64,000 bases of DNA, taken from Eledone cirrhosa. Its lineage: Eukaryota. The position numbers and the translations under genes are program-made. The stretch lies in contig OZ024750.1 in the NCBI GenBank assembly GCA_964016885.1, positions 1,612,001-1,676,000 of the forward strand. The letters run 5' to 3'. Under the pieces are notes generated by a model that made no database searches, had not been told where the DNA came from, and saw nothing but the letters and a program-made list of their open reading frames with translations. Numbering within the stretch: the stretch's first letter is position 1; each line of letters begins with the position of its first letter. This document shows positions 1 to 13,999 of this stretch, one piece after another.

Positions 1-1929
1 ATGTTTGATCAGGCTAATTATTTGCGATTATTATTTTATCTGGTCCGTTAATCAACCTTTTGCAACTCGAAAAAACTGAAAAGGGGATTTCAATCGTAAG
101 AACATAGTAACTCCTATTTTCAGTTCAATTTATTGGAACATCTTTCATATCTAACACAATCATCCCATTGTTACCACTACCGCTAGGTATAATGTTCAAT
201 CTTATTCCAAACCTTAGCTAATTAATTGACGAGCTTCCTCTGTGGTGTAAGTCTGAACATCAGCAACAATAACAGAAATACATCGGTAATTAGAACATAA
301 ACTGCAATACAAATGAATGCCTTCTCTACAAATGTCATGTTCACATCATGGCTTCGTTAATAATAGGAATAAGTAGATTGCGTTAGAGATATGATACCTT
401 ATTGCAACTATTCTCTGAGATTTGTGACTATATTAAATAATTAACTCGCTAAAATGTATTCAAGAAATTACCACTAATTTTAAAGAATTGGAAAATTCTT
501 TAAACGAAGTTATAAAATTTAGATCGAAATTGTTTCATAGAAACTGTGATGTCTTCGCGGATATTTTCGTTTGTATTTATTCTCTAAGGTTTATACAAAA
601 CACAAAACATGGTATGAAAGAAATTTAGCTTATAATACAAATATGAATGAATAATTAGACTCTAGATTAATGAGATATTTTGGACTAAGATTCCGTGGAA
701 AATGCGTCAGATTGTGGTAATTATCTTATATAAAAACATTGGCATATTAGCTGTTTCTGTCGTATAAATATAAAAAAGAAAAGAATTATAAGGTAAAAGA
801 AAAAGAAGGAAGAAAACAATTAAGGAATGTTAGAAAATGTTAATGAATTATAGTGTAAATGGTGAGTTAGGTTTGGAAATATAACAATGAGTATTTTTCT
901 GATACAACGTACTTATCTCTAACATCATTACACTCAGCGGTAAGCTCTGTTTCATCAAAGCATTCTGCCGCATTTAGCAACTTCATTGACACCATTTAAG
1001 AAAACTAACTTCTTATCAATTAGTTCAGCATTTTCCAAAATGCATATCAATAAAAGAACAATAATTTTAATTTGTTCAAAGTTGAAATTTCAGTTTCTCT
1101 GTCTAGTTTTGCGTGGTTGACTTGAATAGTTTTGCATATTTCACGAGTTGCATCATACAGTATTTAGTAGAGGATTATTGAGCTCATGTTTTATCTTTCA
1201 AGAAATTTTATAAATATTGGAAGTACATGGAAATAAAAAAAGGACTGTGGAAGATATTACCATGAAAGAGAATAGAAAAAAAAGAAATGTGTGGTAAAAA
1301 TAAGAGGAAGACAAAGTGTGAATTCTGTTAATACAATTTGGCAGTTTAAAACAATATATTACTGTTTTGAAATTGTATAATTAAAACTTCATAATTTGGT
1401 ATTTACTAGTGTTAACTGTTCATACTAATTTTATATATGTACTCGTAACTTCCAGCGGAGTGGTAGGGTCAACGCAGTGACATACGGCGTTTCTTGGGCA
1501 CTTTTTATACCTGGAGGAGCTCATCTCTTCAAAACTGAGCACAGCCGAATTCTTCCAGAAATTGAGAGAGGATTGGTCGAGAAAGAAACATCAACCCCAG
1601 TATTCTACTGGCACTTTTTTTATCGACCTAATAAGTCTGAAGGCAAAGTTTACCTTGGCTGGAGCCGAACTTAGAGCTCAGAATCGGAACAAATACAACA
1701 AAGTAATATATCCAACTTTGAAACGACTCTATCATACTAATTAGTAAGTCGTATTTCCATTCTAATATTCTGAGTAATGAACATAACATAATGTTTTCTG
1801 GCAGAACATTTTCGACACAATCTCATTTCAAATGCTAAATAATTAATTCATAGTTGCGAACATGTAAATCCTAAAATATGCAATATGGCAATTTCTCAAC
1901 TATTTTGGGACGTTATTTAAATAAAACTT

Positions 1930-2110
1930 GGTGGATTGGCAGTATCGGTAGAGGGTCGGACGCCATGTTTTCCAGCATAGTTACGTCCCTTTACGATCTG
2001 AGTTCAAATCCCGCCGAGGTTGACTTTGCCTTTCATCCTTACGGGGTCGATAAAATAAAGTACCAGTAATGCACTGGGTAATTGCTGGCCTTGTGCCTAA
2101 AGTAGAAACA
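1930..2110 (+). mobile_element. tRNA-derived SINE family A (Meta-domain-like core), near full length
   Basis: A-box-like TGGCAGTATCGG, B-box GAGTTCAAATCC and the core GCCTTTCATCCTTACGGGGTCGATAAAATAAAGTACCAG. It has an exact 18-bp TSD gttatttaaataaaactt (1912-1929 / 2111-2128). Many copies in the window. Confidence 0.9.
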
Positions 2111-2326
2111 GTTATTTAAATAAAACTTCAAACGCAACGTTGTACATAATAATATGTATTACGTGTGCGAGTCGTGGCCAGTATGTGCACATAAATATAT
2201 ATGAATATATGATCGTATGACTTGCGTCCGAAACCTTACGACGCTTTTCTTACTATATCAAGCGTAAAACTAATATATTTCTTCATTGAAATGCGTCGAT
2301 TGCTTTGTTATTTCAGTTTACTTTTG

Positions 2327-2399
<73 letters not shown>

Positions 2400-2401
<2 letters not shown>

Positions 2402-2580
2402 TAAATGGAAAAGAAAATGCTGACAAATTGTTCCCAGTGAAAAATAGTTTAATTAGGAATAAGTAAAAATTAGTAATAGTATTGGTTAATATTCAGTTTT
2501 GGTTTTAAGTTTTACCGGTTGCGCATTTCTAATGCTTTTCAAAATAATTTTGAGATAGAGCGCCCGTGATGTTTGCTTTA
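2400..2580 (+). repeat. Dispersed repeat, second copy at about 33448-33640
   Basis: gtaaa.ggaa.agaaaatgctgacaaatt...ttaattaggaataa...accggttgcgcatttcta...aataattttgagatagag is shared by both loci, each bounded by (TA)n. Confidence 0.9.
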
Positions 2581-2625
2581 ATATATATATATATATGTGT
2601 GTGTGTGTGTATGTGTGTATGTATG

Positions 2626-2663
<38 letters not shown>

Positions 2664-2814
2664 CACACACACACATACATATATATACGCGTGCCTGTCT
2701 GTCTGTGTATGCGTGTAGCTTGTATGCATAAATGATAAAAAGAATATAACACCAGAAAAACAATTTCAAAGTTATTGTTATTAGGTTAAAACTCGCAGAC
2801 ATAAAAACACACAT

Positions 2815-2856
2815 TTAACGTTTCGGATGTATGCCCTTCATCGAAAGAAAGTCGAG
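2815..2856 (-). ncRNA. Decayed hammerhead ribozyme motif within a dispersed repeat
   Basis: UCGAUGA-AGGG(CAUACA)UCC-GAAA-CGUUA, with palindromic AACGUU stem III. Core positions 3-4 are altered. Confidence 0.4.
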
Positions 2857-3559
2857 AAAATGTGAGAAAAAGTATGGAAAGATATGCAGTAGAAAGAATG
2901 GAGAGGAAAATTATGACACGTATTAAAGTCTATATTATACTTATATAACAGTGGCTGCATGATCATATTTGTTTCATACATGTATGTCAAAACAAATATT
3001 TGCAACAGATGTATTTCACATTATTTGAACAGTAACAGCTTTTTTCTAAACGTGCGTTTGACAATGAATTGACTCGGTGACTAAATAGGAATAAGCTGTC
3101 ATTGACTTGTAAACATTTAGTTTTTTAAGTTTTTGTTTTGTTTAGTTTTGTTGTTGATTTTCCTTCCTTTTTTTGTGTGTTTGTGTTTGTTAGCCTACTT
3201 TGTCACGCCATGAAAGGTCACTCCAAATGATACAATTTTAATAGTCATTTAGTTTTTGTAGGAGTCGATATGTGGGTGAATGTTGGTACAATTGCTAGAG
3301 CTGGAGCGAATCACGTTGAAATTCTTCCCTTGTTGAGGACATTACATGTAAAAAGCACATTTTATTGTATTGACATGTACACATTGCTCCACCCACTCAA
3401 CTTTAATTAGAAGTAGCTTTCACTACTTTTATGATACTAAAGATTATTATTATCATCATCACCATCGTCATCATCATCTAATGGCATTGCTCCAGCATGG
3501 CCTCAACCTGTTAGCTGGAACACGAAGTAGATTAAATAGACTAAATTATTATAATTTGT

Positions 3560-3688
<129 letters not shown>

Positions 3689-3757
3689 CGTCATCATCAT
3701 CAACATCAGTAACGTGTTCGGCTGTTTAGATGAAGATGTGTGTGGACGTTAGGGACA

Positions 3758-3873
3758 CGAAGAAGAAGAAGAAGAAGAAGAAGAAGAAGAAGAAGAAGAA
3801 GAAGAAGAAGAAGAAGAAGAAGAAGAAGAAGAAGAAGAAGAAGAAGAAGAAGAAGAAGAAGAAGAAGAAGAAG
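3758..3873 (+). repeat. (GAA)n microsatellite
   Basis: Directly visible. Confidence 0.98.
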
Positions 3874-4014
3874 ATGAGAATTGCGATGATGGTAGTGGCG
3901 GTGAAGGGGGAGATATATGGCGGCGGTATTTCCAAACTGAATATCATATATCTCCATAAGGAATAATAATTCACCTTAGTTTATGACTTTCTGGTGATCT
4001 ATAGAGATCAAGAA

Positions 4015-4339
4015 GTGAAGGTGTGTGGCTTTGTGGTTAGGGAATTCGGCTCACAATCGTATGGTCATGAGTTCGATTCCAGGCGGCGCGTTGTGTCCTT
4101 GAGCAAGACACTTTATTTCACGTTGCTCCAGTCCACTCAGCTGGCAAAAATAGTTGTGCCCCTGTAATTCGAACTGCCAGTTTTGTCATATTCTGTGTCT
4201 TACTGAATCTTCCTGAGAACTACGTTAAATGTACGCGTGTCTATGGAATGCTCAGCCACTTGCACGTTAATTTCACGAGCAAGCTGTTCCGATGATCCTA
4301 TTAACTGGAACACTCGTCGTCGTAACCGACGGAGTGCCA
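4015..4339 (+). mobile_element. tRNA-derived SINE family B, full length
   Basis: A box TGGCTTTGTGG and B box GAGTTCGATTCC, followed by the CORE/V-SINE-like gttgtgtccttgagcaagacactt. Homologous to the 54574 and 57160 copies. Confidence 0.85.
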
Positions 4340-4803
4340 TATATAGATCAAGTAAAGAATATGAAGCTATATACATATTCCAAGCTTCGGACCCCGTATT
4401 ACTTGGATCTCGCATCACATTACACCAGAGAAATATGCCCTCAACTGATCCTGCTGCCATTAACATTATGTCAAAACAAATCTACGAAAAATAGGGTCAC
4501 ATAACCATCAATCGGTTCTTGGACAAGTTCTTTCAGGATCATTCTAGATAATCCATCTATACCATTTCCTTACTCGAGTGGACTAAGGTATGGAAAGTAT
4601 GACATCAATAGAAACATGGCATACAGGTGTTCATGAGGTGATACTATAAAGACATAAAGCTACATATAATGGAGCTTTCACCTTTCAGCCTGGCATTTGA
4701 TGATTTTATAAAATATTACCAGTAGAAATAATATAGTGATGATGTGGTCCTTGATGTTTCTGCGACTGACAATTATTAAATACAGTGTGAATATAATATA
4801 ATT

Positions 4804-4955
4804 GATTCTACTTTTGGCACAAGGCCATCAATTATCCCAGTGCATTACTGGTACTTTATTTTTTATCGACCCCGTAAGGATGAAAGGCAAAGTTATCCTC
4901 GGCGGGATTTGAACTCAGAATGGCAAGGGCCGTAACTCTATGCGTCAAAGCATGG
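4804..4955 (-). mobile_element. SINE family A, 5'-truncated
   Basis: Reverse complement of the 1930 copy, flanked by the near-TSD gtgtgaa(a)tataatata. Confidence 0.88.
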
Positions 4956-5266
4956 TGTGAAATATAATATAATATAATACTACGATCTATTATACTGCTT
5001 TTATAGACTTCGGTATATAGATTATGGCCATGCTAGAGCATATTCTTCTTCATCGAAGACAACTTATTTATACATCGAACGCCACATATTTTATGGATAT
5101 TGACATTATAGGGTGATATGTGGTCGTCTGTGCCATTGTTAGAACGTAAAGGGACATAACCAGACAGCTAAGAGTAGTTATTTCAACGCTTCTCCGATCC
5201 AGCCACATTCACACAAGCACACTCGCAATACATATTTATTCTCCATCTTGTTTTCATTTTCTCAAG

Positions 5267-5316
5267 TGCATCTGATGAGTTAGACATGTGTTCGTCTTGA
5301 AACCGGTGGTAGTGCG
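5267..5316 (+). ncRNA. Partly decayed hammerhead ribozyme motif
   Basis: GCAU-CUGAUGA-GUUAGAC...GUCUU-GAAA-CCGGUGGUA-GUGC. The core is intact, stem I is GCAU/GUGC, stem III is ACC/GGU, the triplet is GUA, and the base of stem II is mismatched. Confidence 0.55.
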
Positions 5317-5404
5317 GAGTATCGTTAATATAACTACTCATCTTACATATAATCTGTTAACTGCTTTTCATCTTTCGTTTCGGCCCACACAACTATATAT
5401 CATA

Positions 5405-5446
<42 letters not shown>

Positions 5447-5455
5447 CAAACCCAC

Positions 5456-5489
<34 letters not shown>

Positions 5490-5653
5490 ATCTGTACTTT
5501 TAACCCTTGGTCAATCACTGATAAACATTGATTGCCAAATAAATTAACTATGGAGATATAAAAGATACAGAAGCGAAAACCAACCAAACACTGAGTGTGT
5601 TCTGTTATTATTTCTGGCAATATTATTACAACAATATGACCCTCCCCAAGTAT

Positions 5654-5720
<67 letters not shown>

Positions 5721-7404
5721 CAGCTTCTACATTAAAATAGCAAAATTTACTTACATTAGAGCCGAGACACGGCTTCAATTGCTGTATGAACATGAAATTT
5801 GTATTTTAATATTCATTCTTAAATAGTAACGGGGGTATCCTGATTATAATAACCACCATATAAATATCATTTAACCTTCATAATCGAATAAATATATATT
5901 GACTCTATTGTGGTACTCTATCCACAGCTTGCAGTTATAACCATATAACTGAAGCAATTTACATACAGCATGCATGTATCCTTTTTCAATATATCTCTCA
6001 TAACAAAATCGCATGTTTTATTTGCCCTAATTAAACACCCCTGTTGTGTATTAATGTCGATACAATACAATATCTCCCTCGGTTTGACGTATGTTTAGCG
6101 GTTTATACAATAAGCGAATGTGTATGTCTGTGTATATTTGGAAGAAGTGCTTATGGCATTGAGAAATCGATGTGGTCTATAGTCGGTTTCAACATATGTA
6201 ACTTTACGTCGGGAAGAAAACGTAGTGAATTGATGTTCAGTGGTGTAAGAGATTGGCGAATGGTTTATTTACTGGCCTGGGAGTTGATATAGTAGGGGAG
6301 GTGAAGGACAAAAGACAAGAGATTCTGGTGATATTGAGTGGAGGTAATTTGCCACAAATTAATTCAGAAAGAGTTTAGTTTTTAATTTATACCTTTGTTT
6401 CACGTGAGCTCATTATGGTTTTCGACATCAAACAATGAAGTTATCTTCATAAAGTGTGCTTAGTGCATATCAACCATACAAAGTGAATTCCTTTCAACGC
6501 CAAATATTGGATGTGTAAAAGTACTATGTTAGTGAACCCGGCTGATTACAGATTCATTCACCTGGTTATTTAAGAAATATATATTTACAAGCTGGGAACT
6601 GTAGCAGTAAATGTTCTGTCCAATAGCCATGCGAATAGTTTTGCAATAGGGTTAAAATAACACAATCCAATCCTTTATCAGACGCTCATATGGCCAGTTA
6701 CATTTCTTTAAATTATTTTCTATTTGTATGGTTTATAGTTTGATCAATGACGGCAGATAATAAGAATTATGTAAAGTTTATAGTATTCTACTAAACGAAT
6801 ATCGTAGAAACAAAGAACTGTTTCATATCTGTGAACATTTCCTCACTATTCAGTATTATTTAATCATGTTGTAAGATAGAATTCAAAATGGGTCATTCGG
6901 AGCGTTAGCTAGATATTCGACTTCGGTGTAATCACTATATTCTATATTTCGCAATTCTATGTTTAAACGAACGTTAATTTATGCTTGATTGCCACTGGTA
7001 ATTTAAATAGGAAGTAGCATGGAAATTAATTTTTTTTTCTTCCAAGATTAAAATACAAATTCTGCGGTTAGGATGATCAATAGACGGAAATCGATACGTT
7101 AATCGCATGAAACAAGGTTGCTGATTCTGGTCAGACTACTCAGTATATCAACCGGAATCATGGACATAGAATTACATACATAGACACACACACGCACGTG
7201 TATATGCATACGTACACACACTGACGAGCATATATGTTTTGTGGGGAATAATATATTATATTTCCAAATCTTTAAAGACATTAATTTAATTATGTGAAGT
7301 GAATGGCATTGACAAACTACCCGTTTGTTTATTCATTCACACACATATTTGTCTGTGTGTGTAATATAATAGATGTATAATATAAACATGCATATGTAAG
7401 CATG

Positions 7405-7439
7405 TATGTATATATATATAAATATACATATACACACAT

Positions 7440-7473
<34 letters not shown>

Positions 7474-7507
7474 CATATATATATAAAAAAATATATATAT
7501 ACATATA

Positions 7508-7581
<74 letters not shown>

Positions 7582-7614
7582 TATATATATATATACACAC
7601 ATATATATATATAT

Positions 7615-7647
<33 letters not shown>

Positions 7648-7650
7648 CAT
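7405..7650 (+). repeat. Compound (TA)n/(CA)n microsatellite
   Basis: Directly visible. Confidence 0.95.
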
Positions 7651-9289
7651 GCATACAGACGTATACGTATTCGCACAAACATACATATATATTCACACGT
7701 ATCCGCAAACACACGTGCAATATACTTTTTAAGATAATTCATCATATTCTTTTTACTGTTAATGACATTTATTGAATTATCTTAAGTTTAATGGTATTGT
7801 TAAATTTCCTGTCTACATTTATGTTAGCCATATTAACACGTTGAAGAGCTATTGTTTAAAGCTTGTGTCATTTATCGTAATATTATTCAGACCATGTAGT
7901 GCACACATAAGTGAAAACGTGACCTGTTTTATGTGTTTATGATATTACAGTAATTGTGACCCTAGAATATTTACCAACAGAGATATTTGTAAAATGTAGT
8001 TTTATTGGATTGCTTATTTCAACAAAATGAATCTGTACCGAAACAAGACTGCAGACAACAAAAGAAATCAATATTTTGCAAATTGTTTCGTTTTTTTCAT
8101 ATATTTATCCTATTTTATTTATTGTTTAAATAAATATAGTGTTTATTTACCTTTGAGGTCCCTTCTTATATTATTGTTTGCTTCTTTAGTGAATAAATTG
8201 GTATATACTTAGCCCATGCATCATTAAGTCTATTCTTAACATTGTTTCACGTTAGAACACAGAACATAGTAACTTCGATTTCAGTTTATTTTTGTCAGTT
8301 GATTATTTACCATCTGACACTCAGTAAATTCTTAACTAAATATAAATTTGTTCAAAGGTTTCAATTTATGCAATTATTACAATTGTTAGGGAATAATCAT
8401 TTGGTACGATTTTTCAATTTGGAGCTTACGGCGTTTGTCTTAGAAAGAAACACACTTCGGGACTTGTAAGATCCTTCCTTGTGTATGAATATTTATATCG
8501 CATAGAATCTATTTTAAAATTGAATCTAGTGTTTTGCCTTTTCAATGAAGGTAATTTGAACATATTTATCAAACACACAGAGAAACAAAGCTCTTTTAGA
8601 TTATTGGAGTAATATCATTTAATCTATCAGTTACACAGATGAGTGGTCATATGGTAAAGGACAAAATGCATTTGTATATGTGAATATGGAAAGGCTTTAC
8701 AAAGTGTAAATTCGTATATTAGATAACTTATAGTTAAAGGACATTGAAATATCCATCTTAAGCGTTATTCATGATTTATGTACAACAAAATTGACGATTC
8801 TCGTCATTTGGTAAGACATATTTTGCCAAGAATATTATTTGAACACCAAGAATATAGAAGAATATTTTATTAGTGTATAGCTTCTGAATTGATTACATAT
8901 AGTATATGTCCTCATATAGTATATGTCCTTGCATAGAATAAATTATATTCAATAAGGAATTAGGATGCGTTCAATAAGTATTTGGACAAGAAGAAATGAA
9001 TGTGAGCAATTTATGACATAGGTAAAGAAGTTAATGAGATCTAGTGGTTCTTAAACCATTGGCAACATGTATAAAATATCTCATTCTTGATACCAGGTTG
9101 ATTAGTTTTCATCAAACAAGGAAGTGTGAATGAAGATTTTAAAAGGTATTTACCTTTTAAAATTGACGAAGTGAAAATGTGTATATAACGATACAAATAG
9201 TGTGCTCGATAAACATGAGTAAATGAGAATAATCAATCCAATTAATATATTATCCAAATTACTAGTTTATTGTATAATAATATACAATA

Positions 9290-9850
9290 AATAATATATT
9301 GAAATAATTGAACATATAGACGGCAGTTGCGCGTAGAACCGACTTAATAGTAGAATCAAGTTAGTTCCCCAGAAGCAAAATGCTGTAGTGTGATAAATTC
9401 GGCTCTTTGGCACATCATTACTGGAAGATTGTGGACTGAACAGAGAGTTGTATGTGAGAATAAGAACATCAACTATAATAGCACCAATAGAATGTGTGAG
9501 AAGACACAACTCAGTGACATGTAAAAGTTTACAAATGTAATTAGACAATTTCTGGTCGTCAATTGCACACAGTTGTCTGTTAACTATAAGTGAAATTGTT
9601 AATGATTTGTTGAATGAAATATATGGTAAAGCATTTCAAGTTATATAGATCACAAAATATTCGTTTTAGCATATTTAGATCTGGTGTATAGTAATGCATA
9701 AGGCCATTAATGATCTTAGAATAGGATCTCTCGAAGATAGTGTAATTGGAATTAAGGATCGTGATCACCTTATACATTGTACAAAAGACTTGCAACCAAC
9801 TACATGAATATTACATCTTACTGATTCTGAATAACATACAATATACATCA
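9290..9850 (-). mobile_element. Decayed CR1/Jockey-group LINE 3' region
   Basis: DVPKSRIYHTTAF resembles the ORF2 C-terminal VPxSRTxHYxxSF motif. Boundaries approximate. Confidence 0.4.
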
Positions 9851-10668
9851 CTGATGTTCGTATAGAGGAAGATCAACTTATCTATACTCAATAACAGTTT
9901 GTTCTTTACTTCTGTATTTACTATTCACATTACTGTTGCTGCTATGTTGTGGAGTTTAATCCAACATTCAATGTGTTATGTGGAAGGAAAACACGTCGTG
10001 GCCGTGGTATGACTTTAGCTCAAAACAATGAAACACACGTCAATCAGATTGATCATACTGCTTACTGTAGTAATTTATGACATATTCATTATTAGGTGGA
10101 TTACACTCTCCACGCTAACTTAAACATAGTCGTAACAAGAGGCCTGTGGGCAGATATAGATAGCAGACCTTACGGCAGTTACGGCAATATCATAGAAACT
10201 AGTCAAGATATCACAAAATCGAAGTTACTTACAACACACACAAACACACACACATATATATATATGTATATATATGTTTTATATAATATATATATATATT
10301 TCATCGTTATTTTTCTCTCAGAATTAAGCAATGAAGATTGTAAAGTGTAAATAAGATTTAAACAGAAAGACAAACATGTTTGAATTAGATAGTTCGTCTT
10401 GCAGGGCATTTCGTTTTACCACATGTTAAGGAAACCTAAATAACGTTTGGTATTCAGTTGACTTTGTATGCTTCTCATTAAAGCAATATCAGTCTATCTG
10501 ATTCTTGAAATTGTCTTCAATTAATTTAAATGTAATGCTGATTCAGGATCTTGAAACCGAATATTAGCTATTTCTCTACAGTAGCAGACATTAGTTGGTT
10601 ATTTATAATTATGTATCAAATCATAATTTGAGTTGAAATTTGTGAAACTGAGACAGAGGTCATAATTA

Positions 10669-10873
10669 CGAGGGTCGGCTGAAAATTTCATAGGCCGAAA
10701 GGTTCATAGCCTGAGCAAGATGTTCTCATTAAATACCCAAATGAGGTTTATTTTGCAACAAAGTCCCTGGAAAAAATAATGCAGTTATTAATAAGAAGAG
10801 TTGAAATTAATGCATGTAAGATTTCACAGTACTAGCATCACTACTAGCCTATGAACGTTTCAGCCTTCCCTCG
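10669..10873. mobile_element. Mariner-type MITE
   Basis: TIRs cgagggtcggctgaaaatttcataggc / gcctatgaacgtttcagccttccctcg flanked by TA on both sides. Confidence 0.85.
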
Positions 10874-11776
10874 TAGATAAGCGACCAAGCAGCTTCTTAC
10901 AAGATAATCACCATAGATTATATCATATATCAAATATCATATATTAAATATCATCTCTACTGTAACGTTCAAATTAAATCCTAGTATATGATCAAATATT
11001 TGTTTGTTGATACAGTTATTTGTTTGTTTTTATTCTGGCGTTGTTTCTTTGGTCAAAGTAGAATAGTAAATCTATAGATTACGGTTTAATACTACTAAAT
11101 TCAGGCATATATATATTTAATTATAGTAATGTTGTTGTTTTTATTTTTACCAATATCTACAAGAGAAACTAATTGTAGTATTAACATATTGGGTATTTTA
11201 GTCATATTATATTATATATTCGTTACTGTTCAAACAGTAGATTATTTTGAAACAATTTATTACTTAGTTTCATGTATGTCATTTCAAGGGAAATTTAAAG
11301 AAATCTTACACTAAAATTAATTTTCCTAACACAAACATCATTTATACGAGTGGAAACATAGAGGTGCTCAAGTTCTAGTTTACATTAAATGTTTATTGAT
11401 GATAGAGAAACAAATTGTGAGTGGCGATGAAATGTTTATCAAGATAAATTATAGATATCACCATCATTATTAACATAACTGAAACATCAAATCAACTATA
11501 TAGTATTTAGGAAAGATTATATTGGTGGGCGTACGCATTGACACTGACACTATATTAATAGATTTTCGATCTCGTATCACTAATATGTGTAGTATTATAT
11601 AAATTCATTTATTAGTGACATTACGACTAAAATATCGATTTAGAGGGAATATTTTAATATCAGGAACTCATTTTCTCATGAGTATTAAAAGAGCATTATT
11701 TTTATGTTTTTATGATGGCCAGATAGTAATTAAATGAATATATATATATATATATATTGTATATATATATATGTAA

Positions 11777-11833
<57 letters not shown>

Positions 11834-12382
11834 CAGAGAAAAAGATAGAATGCATATATATGTATATATGTGTGTGTCTCTGTGTGTGTGTATGTGTGTG
11901 TGTGTAGCAATTTCATAGCTGAAACGTAAAGGAGGTGAGGGGTACTGTAAAGCTCTTCTTCATAGTTGAATAAATAAATACGTACACATATGATATTTTC
12001 ACTAGCAACTGCAGAACAAATATATATATAAAATCACAAGCTATCTGGACAGAAAATGAAAAACCTGCAATTGATAAATGTGTAAATTCTATAAACTTAT
12101 TTACAGTACATGCCTTGATTGGAATGATTTTAGAATTATCTCAAGTAAAACATTTCTTTTTGTCCACTCACTTTCAAAGACATTAATGTTTAAATGAATA
12201 CATTTGTGGGTTTACCTTCCAAAACTGACGTCTAAACAAATCTTAAAGAAAATATGTAATTTAACATTGCTTTTGAATATTTTGTCCTTACTTATCTGGA
12301 ACATAGTTATATATAGAGATAGATATGTTCCAATTGCATGTTAATATCTCTAGATCAAATACATGCGTTCGTGAATGTGTAA

Positions 12383-12444
<62 letters not shown>

Positions 12445-12698
12445 ATATATTCGAAAGTAACGTTAATATATCTCACACGGGTAGAATGCAATTAGAATCT
12501 TTAAGAAGGTTCTAACATTACCAGTTTCCCAAATTTCATGATTTACAAATCGCAGATGTGAGGAACATGTCGGCATAGCCATAGATCTCTCCATCTCTCT
12601 TAATTTTTGAAAATCATGAAATTTATGAAATCTGTAAAGATATATGTTATTGTAAATAAACCGTCTTAAAGACACCAATTGCATTTTCAATTTCTTTT

Positions 12699-12701
<3 letters not shown>

Positions 12702-12795
<94 letters not shown>

Positions 12796-12800
12796 TATAT

Positions 12801-12841
<41 letters not shown>

Positions 12842-12850
12842 TATACATAC

Positions 12851-12933
<83 letters not shown>
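12702..12933 (+). repeat. (TA)n microsatellite
   Basis: Directly visible. Confidence 0.97.
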
Positions 12934-12935
<2 letters not shown>

Positions 12936-12952
12936 AGTTTGTTGTTCACTTG

Positions 12953-13318
12953 TATATATAAAGAATTCGAAGTTTGAAAGCCATGAAATGCCGGTTTGGA
13001 CGGAGAATAATTAAATCGTAAGAAACGGCTTGTTTTTTTAACCTTGATTTATTCATATGACCCGATATTTAGAGATTAATATATCTTCTTCTGAGTGCCC
13101 GATGTAGCTTGCTATACCATCTATGGTATAGCAAGCTACATCGGACACTGAAATAGTTCCTTTATTTTCCTCAGAAGAAGAGATATTAATCTTGAAATAT
13201 CAGGGCATATGAATAAATTCAGGTAAAAAAAAAACAAGCCTGTTTTTTACGATTTAATTATGCTTCGTCCAAGCCCGCATAGTCGTGGCTTTTAAACTTC
13301 GAATTCTTTATATATATA
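12953..13318. repeat. Long imperfect inverted repeat with a perfect 22-bp central hairpin
   Basis: Arms aagaattcgaagttt...atcttcttctgag and ctcagaagaaga...aaacttcgaattctt. Centre ccgatgtagcttgctataccat-ct-atggtatagcaagctacatcgg (13099-13144). Confidence 0.93.
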
Positions 13319-13965
13319 TATATATAAATGTGTTTGGGAGGGTGTTTACAATAGTGCTCAGAAATCTCTTTGTCCACTGAAAACATGTTTTGCTGAACGT
13401 TAAACAGAATTACATAAACTGGATACAGCATAATAAATATTTTGCTTACATCTGCATAAGTCTAGTAAGTGTAAAGTGTAAAGTGAAAACATATAGCATA
13501 GCAATGAATGAACATGGGACAATGTTTTTAGCTTCGGAAAAATATAACCATTAACATAAAACCAGTTTTTCGTTTAAACATTCTAGATGTATGTATTCCA
13601 TTCTTTCTTTTTTCTTTGATTGCCAAATATTTCCTCCAGTGACCACATCTCTAATTGGACATAAAATCAGTAAATTATCTCTCTATCGTGTATGTTGCAT
13701 GTGTATAGCAATTGCATGTTAATATCTCTAGATCAAATTCATGCGTTTGTGAATGTGTATATATATATATACATATATGCATATATTTGTGAGTGTGTGA
13801 GTGTGTTTGTGTGTGTGTAAATTTTTAAATATTTAAAAAAGACACCATGTAGAGAAACAGTGCAAATATGGAAAAATCAGTAAAGAATTGTCACGCGTAT
13901 ATACCATTACGTATGCTCTTAGGATAAAGACAAGCACACGCTCATGTTTACTCTGTCCCTCTCTT

Positions 13966-13999
<34 letters not shown>

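Noticed and set aside
7221-7245. CTGACGAGC hammerhead start (also CTAATGAGGC near 29452)
   Set aside because: No GAAA after stem II and no stem I or III.
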